Notes under the pieces: generated by a model
What the model saw: the letters and a program-made list of their open reading frames with translations, nothing else
Database searches by the model: none
Told to the model about the DNA's origin: nothing
Program-made: the position numbers and the translations under genes
Source: Chrysomallon squamiferum
Taxonomy: Eukaryota > Animalia > Mollusca
Assembly: GCA_012295275.1 (NCBI GenBank)
Contig: CM022665.1
Span: 35,154,001-35,218,000, forward strand
Length of the DNA: 64,000 bases
Direction: 5' to 3'
Shown here: positions 52,694 through 64,000 of the stretch, in pieces
Layout of the letters: every line of letters starts with the position of its first letter
How positions within the stretch are numbered: position 1 is the stretch's first letter

Positions 52694-52803
52694 CTCATAT
52701 AACAACTGGATGTCTGAACCAGCTCGTTATAAATAACATAAGCAGGTTTACACTGGAACAAGGCAGAAGATGGATGGATTTTAACAGGTTTGCGAAACGA
52801 TAA
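52694..52803 (-). CDS. DHX33: DHX33 exon, OB-fold (LSFRKPVKIHPSSALFQCKPAYVIYNELVQTSSCYMR)
   Basis: IHPSS.LF.CKPA.V.Y.EL..T..CYMR motif; 110 nt. Confidence 0.95.
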
Positions 52804-53222
52804 CTGAAATAAAAATAATAATAAACCCCAACAATAATTAATGCTAATATGCGACATGCAGCTGTTTAAATAACATTTATGTATGTTAGATATGAAATAC
52901 AAACTTAAAATGCACTCAAATTATTAATTTTATGACAAGTCTTAGTTACTGAAATAAAGATTTATGAGATCACCTGACAGATTATTTGAGTTCATTTACC
53001 TTGAATAATATCCCATTTCATTTTATCAATAGTTCTTTTCATGGACATTAGATTTACAGTGTACATAATATCTACTGTTCCACTGACAATTTTTATTATT
53101 ATTGTAATTTGTTTATTTATTTATTTATTTTTTATATCTTTTGTAAATTTTAAATCAGATGACTTTTATAATGAAATACTTTATTACTTCTAGCATGAGA
53201 AAAGAAATGCATAAAAACTTAC

Positions 53223-53289
53223 TGTTACATATTCAACATCTTTCTGCAGCTCAGCAGCATTCATAAAAAACCCAAAGGCAATGCATTTC
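53223..53289 (-). CDS. DHX33: DHX33 exon (KCIAFGFFMNAAELQKDVEYVT)
   Basis: C.A...FM..AELQ.D..Y motif; ttcag| and ACA|GTAAGT; 67 nt. Confidence 0.92.
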
Positions 53290-54799
53290 CTGAATGTGAA
53301 AAACAAACAAAAAAATAACAACAATAGATATGTATAAAAATAAAATAATTTAAAATATGTCTCTTTTAATGACATATCTTTACCACATTAGAAAGTAGAC
53401 ATGATGTGACAGTTTTCACTTTTTCTTTTTCAGACTATTTCCACAACAAAAAAGAAAAGAAAAAAAGAACACAAAAAACAACATCATTAACAGAAACATT
53501 TATTGAAATTACTTCTTCACAGTTATCCAGTGACCTGTTAAATATTTTTACCTTTAACAAGAACTTAAGCTTCTTGCTTTAATTGGTTCCCTCTGTCTTA
53601 CATAACTGTGGGGGTGTTGTTTAGTTTTTTGGTGATGTTTTGTTTTGTTTTGTTTTTCACAGATTAATTCTTAAAACCACTATGAACAGTAACACAACTA
53701 TTACATGGACTATTCTGGAATGTTTTCATACCTCTGTGAGACAACTGCTGTATTCCCCATGGTTTGACATTTATAACAAACACACAAGAGTTTCTTTCTT
53801 ATCTTTTAATCTGAAAGGTGGTAAGCAATATTTTCTGTATCAAAAGACAAACAGTTGTCTGCCAAAAGTGAGGTGACTTAAAGATGTTAAAAAAAAATCT
53901 CGTTAATTATTTAAACTTTAGAATGCTTCATGTGTGTTCATGTGTGTGGGCATGTGTGTGCGTGTGCATGTGGGTGTGTGTTTGTGTTTATGTGTGTATG
54001 TGTTTATGTGTGTATGTGTGCGTGTGTGTGCGCGCGTGTGCTTGAATGTTTGTGTATATATAAAATATATATTATTATGTACTGAAAGTGTGAATTAACA
54101 TAAGTAATCAATGTTTTTTATTTGACCTTAGCCATACACAGAAGATTCACTAAGGAAATGTCCTTGCAGTAAACAAGTCAGAGAAAGAATAAATCACACT
54201 GACTAGTTAAGAACTAAAACAAATTTCCTGCTGTGTACTGAAGAAAATGTTATATATCTAAAATAACTGTTAAAATTTTACTTCCATTTATGTAAATAAC
54301 TAGTGACATTTAAGAACAAAACCCTGGAAAACATTTATAATATAAACCTGCAAATTCTGGATACCACATTTAATACACCATTTTTAATTTTCTGCAAGGT
54401 GTAATATATTATGGCATAAACTGCAGTGACAGTAAATAGTTTTTAACATTTTGTGGAAAACAGCATTTTTGTTTATTTTTAATTCTTTGTTTCTAGCAAA
54501 GTACTATCAGTATGTCTAAAGTACAGTAAAAATGGAAATTAAAGAAAATATATATATATATAAATATATATTTTTTAATATTAATTTTTGGGATTACAAT
54601 ATTTTATATTCTTTTAAGTGCTCACACACACACACATTAATTTTTAATTATTTGCTGTTATCCTTTAATAACATTTTGCAGAAAACAAAATTTTAATTAC
54701 TGCTATTTTCAGACTCTTTATTACTGATATTTTAGATCTGTATCAAGTTTATGTAATATTTCAGTTCGTTTTAATTTTAACTGTCTAAAGTAAAATGTA

Positions 54800-55010
54800 T
54801 AAAATCCTTTAAGAACTATTTAGTTCTTGTTAGTTTCTAGTCCTTTGCTACAGGTATAGAACTATATACATTACACCTCAGTATATCATTTTAGTACTTG
54901 CTAATTTTCAATTCATTGATGTAGGTACAGTACTTTATAAATCTGATCTCTACATATCATTTTAGAATTTATTAATTTTTAATTCTTTGCTGTATGTAGT
55001 ACTATATACA
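54800..55010. repeat. Degenerate ~70-bp tandem repeat
   Basis: Recurring atatcattttag...aatttt.aattc.ttg.tgta.gta..act.tata units. Confidence 0.65.
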
Positions 55011-56035
55011 ATAATATGAAGTAAAAGTTTTTATGTTGGTGATGGATCAGTAACGACAAATTACAACTAAAGACCACCAGCTATAAAAGGTTAATACCAA
55101 AAGTGGCTGGTTAGCCTTGGCAAATTGACTGTAAAACTCAGACTGGGATATAATCAGGTACATCACAAACAGACATCTAACAGTTGGCAATTGGTGGGAC
55201 CACTGTGGCACTTTGTAAAGGTGGCCAGGAAAACAATCAGATGAAAATAGCTGATTCAAAGAGAAGTGAGTGCGTCATGAGCCATACTGTAGTCACATGA
55301 TGTGATGTAATGGAGACTTTGCTTACAACATGCTGGGGAAAAGAGCAAGGCTGTAAATATTAGTGAAATGAGATAGGGAAATCATCTCCTTAACAGATTA
55401 TAATACAAGCACAGATCCAGGGGTTCACTGGCACCTGTACTATATTTTAATGATACTGAGGCTCAACATATGTATGTGGCCAGGTATAAGGAAAAAGCTT
55501 AATGTATTTTTTTTTTTTTTTAAATTTATAATGAAGCTCATTTCATCTTCAAAGTTATATCCCATTACAATCATTACAACTCCCCTTTTTGTGAAATTCT
55601 TAGATCTGCTCCTGGCAGTAAATACAGTAAATACAGTCTCATCAACAACATAGTGTTTTTAAATATACTGCAATACAGTAAAATGATGACTTATTGGTCT
55701 CTGACCTTAAATGAAACATGGTAAATGTAAAAGAAACCTGTTTTAAAGCTAAGAAACTATCATATTTCATTTCCCATCTTTTGATCATGCTACAGAAATC
55801 CCTCTGTTTTACAACCAACTATATAAATTAACCTAATACCTATAATACATAAGAAATATCATATCTGATTATAGATTTCAAGGATACTTTAATATTCATT
55901 TTCTACTTTCTGTTCATGTAACAAAACATTTTATTTAAAAAAATACAAATATACATATAAGTGTGTGTATGGGTTCATGTATTTGTACTGATACGTATAA
56001 TAATTATTTTTTTAATAATAAAACTAAAATCCTGC

Positions 56036-56169
56036 CTTAATAAAGCTGTATCAGTTCCACAAGACTGTAAAGGCACGGTGAGCTTCTGAGCAATCTCTCT
56101 TAGTTGTCTGCGAACTTCCATTACCATCTTCATATTGCGACTATTGATGTAATTTTCAAAACACCAGTG
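56036..56169 (-). CDS. DHX33: DHX33 exon (HWCFENYINSRNMKMVMEVRRQLREIAQKLTVPLQSCGTDTALLR), GC donor
   Basis: WC.EN..N..NM..V.EVR.QLR.I motif; the required phase-2 exit is met by AG|GCAGGA; 134 nt. Confidence 0.88.
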
Positions 56170-56412
56170 CTATATGAAAAAAAAAGAAAAAAAAAAAGAT
56201 TACGATAATAAAAAAAGGCAGAAAATATATGTTAATATTAAATAATGATATTCCCTCTAATCTATGTATGTATGCATAAAATAGTCCAATTTTTAAAAAT
56301 ATCATTGTAAAGCTTTATTATAAGCGAAGGTTAGTATACAACCATATTCATATCATCAAGGATAGTCTTTTAGATGAAGTATTTAAATACATTTTTTTGT
56401 ATTTACAATCAC

Positions 56413-56517
56413 CTTATCATGTCTGGCACTCTTGTAAGCCTTGTATATGTTGAGCAAAGTGATTGTGTCACCCTCACTGGACATAAACTTGTTTCTGGCC
56501 GCAAGAGCTTCTTCTCG
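56413..56517 (-). CDS. DHX33: DHX33 exon (REEALAARNKFMSSEGDTITLLNIYKAYKSARHDK)
   Basis: KF.SSEGD..TLLNIY motif; cacag| and AAG|GTGATT; 105 nt. Confidence 0.92.
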
Positions 56518-59500
56518 CTGTGGAAAAAAAATCAAATAAAATTTTTAAAAAATCTTTAAAAACAAAACATTTTCACACAACCATCAAATGATACACTGAA
56601 GATTTTACCACAACTCTGTGTATCATGCTCATTAAACTAGTCAGTACAGAAATAAGGAAAGTCAAAATTTAAAGTTACTAATGAGATTAATGGTGTAATT
56701 GTTACACTATCAGTTGGTATTGAGGTCATATCCCACTTCTTTCCAATTGTAACCAGTCCTCCAACACACTAACAATGTCTCCTGCCAACAACCCAAAACT
56801 CTAGCAACATGCTTTAAAGATAGAAATGCTTTAAATTATTAAAATGAAGTCAATATCATTCTGGTACATGAGAATGTATTATCCAAAAGCCATCTAAAAA
56901 AATAATAATAATAATAATAATAAATTAAAAAAAAAAAAAAACATTAAAAAAAGTTAAATTAAATTTAAAAAAAAAATTTAAAAAAATTTTTTTTTTTTAA
57001 ATTAGTTAACCAAGGAAAAAGTACAAATAAATAAAAAGGGAAAAAAAAAAAAAATAATAAAATTTAAACCATTCAAATAATGGTTTCAACAACCATAGTA
57101 ATAAAGTTTTACAATGATATTTTTAAAAATTTGACTATTTTATGTATACTCATGCACATGGTTTCAAATTAAAAAAAAGTAAAAAAGAAAAAAAAAAGAT
57201 GTATAAGTAAAAATAAAATTTAAAATAAATAAATAATAATGAAAAATAAAATAAATTACAGAAACTGTTTTTAAAATCTCTTTTTACGAAATGTTAATAT
57301 ATATTTATATATAAAAGATTTTAAAAAAGGAGGAAAATCAAAAAGAAGAGAAATGAGATAATTTCTTTAATTCTAATATACTGATCTAACATTTGCTGTT
57401 TGTTGCTGTTACACATGACAATGTGAAGAACTCGGTAAGGCCACACTTGTGAGTGTGATATGGTTAAATGTCTAAATATCACATCTTTGTGTTACTGTTG
57501 CTATTTTCACTTACACAAACTTTACAAATGAGATACAGTAACCTTATCTGCCTCCAGTGCACACTATAATGTCAATCACTGACATAGATCTTGGATAAGA
57601 AAATAATATGATAATATTTAGCTAAATAAATATGTAAAAAGTAAATATTATAATAATAAAAATAAAATAAATTACAAAAACAAAATGTTATCTAGTTTTG
57701 CACATGATTAAGATATAAAATTATAATTCCTAAAGAACATATTTTTTCAACTTACAGGGAATAAATAAATGTGGAAAGCTAACTGTTTAAATATTAAAGG
57801 TAAGAAAAATATTGTAGCTGGTACACTGGTTTTCATTCTTTCTTGATTAAGTGGTCATTATTTAAGTGAAATATCTTTTTAGATAATCTTCATTAATTCA
57901 AGTTCTTGATGCTCAAACTTAATATTATACAGTTGACTTTGTCTTCTTTTAGTTTTTACTGTTATTATATAAGTGCTTGAAAAATAAAATAAACACAGTA
58001 TCAAAGTAAGAATAAAGAAAATTTTAATACAGATTTTGCAAATAAGATGAAATATTATGTATAAATGAATTGAGAAATTAAAACTGAAAGGGTGATTATT
58101 TATGCAAATTATCCTTTGAGTGATTTACAATTTAAAGGAGTAAATAAGTAAATCATTTATTGAAACTATCCACATTTTGAGGTTGCTTTTTTTCACTGTA
58201 AGTTTAGATGTGTATCCTTAGGCAGAATTAGCAGTTTAACATAAGATTTTACAAGTTCCTGCTGCATTTCAATATGTAGCATGGGCTAGGAAAGTAAACT
58301 GATGCAGTAATTACACAATTTTATGCCCGACATTCATGTATCATTAGTCTTTGATTATTTAAAATTTTCCAGTCAAGATGTTACTTTTACCTGTTTTATG
58401 CTACAACAATAGGCAGACACATATTTCATAAACAGGGATTGACATTAAAGAGTAATAGATACAATTTTAAAGATGAAATAAATTTTAATACATTAAAACA
58501 GAAACTTGAACTGATTAAAAATAATGAGAAAAATGTACACTAGGTGCCGAAGTAAGTTTTGTTTTAAGATAAGTATGGTCAGCAAAGGATTATGAGAGAG
58601 AGGTATTGGGTTCATCTGCTGGATCTGTATATAACTGTAGAGTTTGCAATCAGTTAAGATGTATAGCGTGATCTTTGTGAAATGTCAGTGTTTAGAATAG
58701 AAGTTAAACAATATACATGTGTTGAGAAACCTTGTGGTAATCATCAACACCTGTGTAATAAAAACACACATAGATCAAAAGATTGTGTTATTCTCAGTTC
58801 AGTCTTCAGCTATCTGTTAACATAAGTTATCACATACATAAATGTTTGTTGAACTGGTGTCATCATATATAATTTGCAGACCACTGCTATAACTCTTTTA
58901 TCTTCTAAAGGTATATAGATGTATGAGTACAAACTGTATGTTTATTAACTTCATATATAAAAAGAATCTGCTTGAAAAAATTAATAAATGAATAAATAAT
59001 TTGATAAAATAAAATAAAAAAATGATATCCATATTATTCAGTTAATACATCAGAGTCCTGAGAAAATTTATTTAGAACTATCACATGTATGAACACATAT
59101 ATTACAAAACTTAATAAATAAAAATAAAAATTAATGAAAAACAAACTTTATATGAAACAGAATATATGGAAGAACCCATCTGCCATTTAGTTACATCTCT
59201 GCTAAGAACTGCAGTATAATGAAACAAGTATAAAAAATACTAACTACCAATATATACATATATTATATTCTCTGAATCTCAAATGTCACATTATTTTAAA
59301 GCAAGACATGGATCTACATGAACAAGTAATAATTTGTATGTCTATTTTGAACCTCAAGATTAAAATATACAGGGTACCTCAAATATTGTGTGTGATTCCA
59401 AACTGAATTATTTTATATATTCTTTGTATATTTTACTCTAAACTGTAGAACAATTTTTTTTTTAAAAAGAAAAAAAAGAAAGAAAAAAAGCTTCATTATT

Positions 59501-60863
59501 CTCGTCATTATATAACAACTGTTTAATTATCATTAGCAGTGAGCTATGTTTGTTTTTTAAATAACATTGAATATTTCTTCATTTTATTACAATTTATCGA
59601 ATTAATTGCCCCAGTATTGTCAAATTATAATTATTTAATCCATTTAATAATGATGGCTCTGAAACTGCTTCTGTGATCAAAACCTGTTAAGATTAAATGT
59701 ATTGATGTATTTCTTGAGTGATCTAGTATGAGAACTGATGACTATATCATTTCTGATGTCATTATGAACACAGAACTTATCGAGCAGCTGACAGTTACAG
59801 ACTTTTTCCAGAAATGTTGAAATTAAACTCTTGTATTAACCCTTTCCATTCTTATTGATTTTCTTTTTTTAATCCAAGATACAAGTTATATTTTTATAAA
59901 TTGTATGTATATCAAAGTGTTTAAATTATACTATATTTGAATTAGTGATATTAATACTGTTGACCTTATAGTAAATAAAGTATTTTTTTAATAAAAACGT
60001 TACAACAAAAAAAAGAAGCTTCCCTCCCCCCCCCAGTTGATCCTGATAAGCTTGAGTTTATTAAATTTATGTGTAATATTTGGTATATGCTGTGATGTAC
60101 AGATAATGAAAGATAACTGATAACAGATGGTAAAAACTAATAATGACATGATGAACTTATTACTACATTACTGTTTATCTAACAATGATATTAGTCTGGT
60201 GAAACTGTGTATTGCAAATAACGTATTAACCTAGAAATGCTCATCCTGTCTTTTATTTTTGTTTATTATTATTATTATTTTTAAGTCTCTGATAGTTAAT
60301 ACAATCCTAAAAATCATTGTGAAACACTAAGCAGTTTTACATATGTACTGTTGTTTTAGATTAAAGTATCAAAACACTTGCTGGAAATTCCACAATCTCT
60401 GTTTTGTAATTTATGTTACCTTGGCAAGAAAACATTGTGCTTCATTTCATGTACATACAGGTAGCATATCATATATCTCACAAACAAAAGAATATTAATA
60501 TGTTCAAGAAATCTTTGAACAGAAATAAATACTAACATACATGTTTTGAGAGTCTTTAGTCAATTCTCCATGTCAATGAAGGCTTTGTATTATGAAAATG
60601 TCTTAATATTCAAAGCCTCTGCAGATACTGTATATTGTCAGGGTACTAGGTATTATGAGAAATCCTCTACTAATTGTTCATTTTTAATTATTCTGACTCA
60701 CTATTAGTAAAATACTAATGAAAAACAATGTTATTACTAAGGAAATGATATCAATAAGGTTTATTATTATTTACATATTACAAAAAATGTCTAACATTTT
60801 ATAAAATAATTCAAAACAAAAATTAAAAATGAACATTAAAAGTTTAGTAATTAAGAGATTTAC

Positions 60864-60930
60864 CTTGTTTTGTGGAGTAAACAGTATGGATTCAACACTC
60901 AACATTGATACAATGCTTAAAATCTCCTCA
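60864..60930 (-). CDS. DHX33: DHX33 exon (SEEILSIVSMLSVESILFTPQNK)
   Basis: EEIL.IVS.LSV.S motif; ttccag| and AAG|GTAAAT; 67 nt. Confidence 0.92.
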
Positions 60931-61075
60931 CTGGAAAACAATGTGAAATATTGTCATATACCAAAACTTAAAATCCTCTCACTGGAAAATAATCAAACGT
61001 ATTCTTATATATTATAACTTAAATTCCCATTTGAAAATAACATGCAATGTTCTCATATATCAAACTAAACTTAAT
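60916..61075. repeat. Three degenerate ~51-bp units spanning a DHX33 splice acceptor
   Basis: cttaaaatc...tcactggaaaa at 60916 and 60967, with a decayed third unit at ~61017. Confidence 0.8.
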
Positions 61076-61200
61076 TTTTTTTTTTTAGCAATTATTAATA
61101 TCCATCATGTGCTTTTTGTAAAATGATTACATGAAACAGGTTACAAGAATGTTCTCTCTTTTTTCAGCTATTAGAAAGAATTAAAAAAACAACAGAAAAA

Positions 61201-61240
<40 letters not shown>

Positions 61241-61319
61241 AAAAATAATCAGAAATTAGTAAATTATTTTCAGCAGTGTATTTCTTGTTGCACAATGGTG
61301 ATTTCAAATCAAAACTCAC

Positions 61320-61408
61320 CTACAGTGAAAGTCTTTTGAAACCAAAATTGTTTTTGATAATCTAGGATCTAATGGAAATGCTGCCATTTTCTTTCCAAGT
61401 GGAGTTAG
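61320..61408 (-). CDS. DHX33: DHX33 exon, HA2 (LTPLGKKMAAFPLDPRLSKTILVSKDFHC)
   Basis: LTP.G.KMAAFPL.P...KTIL.S..FHC, strongly DHX33-like; 89 nt. Confidence 0.94.
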
Positions 61409-61803
61409 CTGAAAGATAAAGCTAATATTTTTAGGAATTTCAAATTAAATTACAAGAATTAAAAATATATATATATATATATATATAATAAGATTGCAAA
61501 TGATATGAAATTTCATGAATATCATTAACAGAGAATATATTATACTAAACAAACACTTTTCTCAGACATTTATGTTTATAGAAAGAACAAAATATATATA
61601 TTAAACTAAAATTATGATATTGGTAAAATACATTTAGAAATATTTTTTATTTTTATTCTTTCATCAATTGCTTTGTATATTTTGACATATGCATAAACTT
61701 CTCTATTTACAAAATTAAAAATATTTATCTATATTAATAATGAAACTTTAACTTGGTATAATTTACTTTGTACAGGAAAACAAACAGAAAAAACCTCAAC
61801 AAT

Positions 61804-61835
<32 letters not shown>

Positions 61836-61902
61836 TTTTGTATTAAAATTAAGAAGAAAAAACCCCACTGGAAATAATAAATGGTAAACTTTTTCTTTTC
61901 AC

Positions 61903-61968
61903 CTGTATTTTATCTTTTTTTTCCACAGCTCCTAAACAGTGCAACTGGTCCAATGCATTTACAATTGA
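61903..61968 (-). CDS. DHX33: DHX33 exon, HA2 start (SIVNALDQLHCLGAVEKKDKIQ)
   Basis: A..QL..LGA motif; tttag| and CAG|GTGAAA; 66 nt. Confidence 0.9.
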
Positions 61969-62150
61969 CTAAAAACAAAATATTTCATTCTGTACGAAAT
62001 ACAGATGTTTCATTTCCTTATTGTTTATTACAAAAACATTAATGATTTAATAAAAAATAAAATACTGGGCAAATTTAAATCTATAATTAGAAAGAAATAT
62101 TTTGAGATATTAAGATATGAATGTAATACAAAGGTCTTGTTTGTAATTTA

Positions 62151-62712
<562 letters not shown>

Positions 62713-62750
62713 AATGCTTAGATACTTTATTTTTGTGTGAATGTATATAC

Positions 62751-62924
62751 CTCAGTATCTCAGGCACTGTGTTGTTACTCAGTGTTTCAAACTCCTCCTC
62801 AGTGAACAAACGATAACACATGCCTGGTGCCTCTCGTCCAGCTCGACCCATTCTCTGGACAGCCTGAGCCTTAGATTCCTTGACTACTTTTAGCAAGTCA
62901 AGTCCACTGCCTGGATTAAACACT
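62751..62924 (-). CDS. DHX33: DEAH helicase exon, motif VI (SKAQAVQRMGRAGREAPGMCYRLF)
   Basis: QRxGRAGRE motif VI; canonical splice sites; 174 nt, phase 2 to 2. Confidence 0.95.
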
Positions 62925-63346
62925 CTGAAAAAGAAAAAAATTACAATACATACTGTCCAGTTTATTTTGAAATCTGGTATAAAATAATTTAAGTTGTCCT
63001 TTTTTCAGATTACATTTGAAACGGCTAGTCCTTTGTGATTATAAATGAGGTGTAATACAAAATAAAAAATATGTAAAAAACAAGGTATATGTGTGTTGAC
63101 TATTGATGGATTTTATAGAAATAACAATTATATTTAAAATTTTTAATTACTGATATGAGAATTTAAAAAAAAAAAAAAAATAAACAATAAAAATAAATAA
63201 AAATATAAATAATGCTAAGGATAAACAACACTGGTGATAGAACAGACTACTCAACCTCTGTTGTGTGAATTCAGTGTTCTATCAACTTTGAAATTGCCAG
63301 ATTGTTATAACAGGAGTGATTTATTACATACACAACAAAACACTTA

Positions 63347-63478
<132 letters not shown>

Positions 63479-64000
63479 TTAACAATGATATTAATTGTAT
63501 CATGACATACCAGTATAAATGTTCCATTTCTTTTAGGTTCAATCCACTGAAAGATTTAATGTATCTGAATGTGTTTCAAATAAATAAATAAAAAATATTA
63601 AGTGTCACTCATTTTAGAAAGTGAAGAATTCAATATTAAATATCACAGACATGTTAGGTCTATGATTTATAAATGCCTTTAACATTTACATTTTAAATCA
63701 GTTTAACTAATCAGAAAAACAACCATTCTTTTAACTAATCCATTTCTAGACACAGAAAAACAAGTTCAATTATAACTGATTACACATGAGTCGCAAAGCT
63801 ACCATTATAAACACATGATTTAAACTGTGTAAATTGCATACAGTATTTTGACTTCTGTAATGTTAACTGCTTGAAAGTGTATGTTAAATTTGCTTTTAAT
63901 CTGATTTATGTATAACAGTAATTTAGAATTATTTTTAACCATTTTAAATTTTTTAAGCAAATACATGAATAAAAGGACTTTGAAGACAAAACTAACTCAA

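Noticed and set aside
58680-58870. Minus-strand TGATGA...CTGA pairs in a DHX33 intron
   Set aside because: Weak stems, AT-rich bodies and no recognisable guide sequence

Overview
AT-rich, CpG-depleted, intron-rich animal genomic DNA (an invertebrate; repeat fragments and gene structure suggest a mollusc, inference only). Two genes converge tail to tail. (1) On the + strand, a complete Limpet/LIM-9/FHL-family gene (Cys-rich + PET + 6 LIM domains), assembled by hand from 10 phase-consistent exons over 3064-48313 (~548 aa). (2) On the - strand, the 3' 11 coding exons (361 aa) of the DEAH-box helicase DHX33 over 63445-51379; its 5' part lies outside the window. The most interesting signal is the apparent modularity of the Limpet locus. 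A putative first exon encodes a calcineurin-docking PxIxIT motif (PKIVIT). An AATAAA array right after the LIM1 exon could yield a PET+LIM1 product. Two candidate internal first exons in the 22-kb intron would yield an exact four-and-a-half-LIM (FHL) protein. Unusual splice signals include a shifted-register donor, a GC-AG intron, a duplicated poison acceptor and candidate recursive sites. Introns carry Tc1/mariner-type MITEs, a decayed mariner-like transposase, an Academ-like relic, SINE fragments and many decayed local tandem repeats. All isoform claims are predictions without transcript data.
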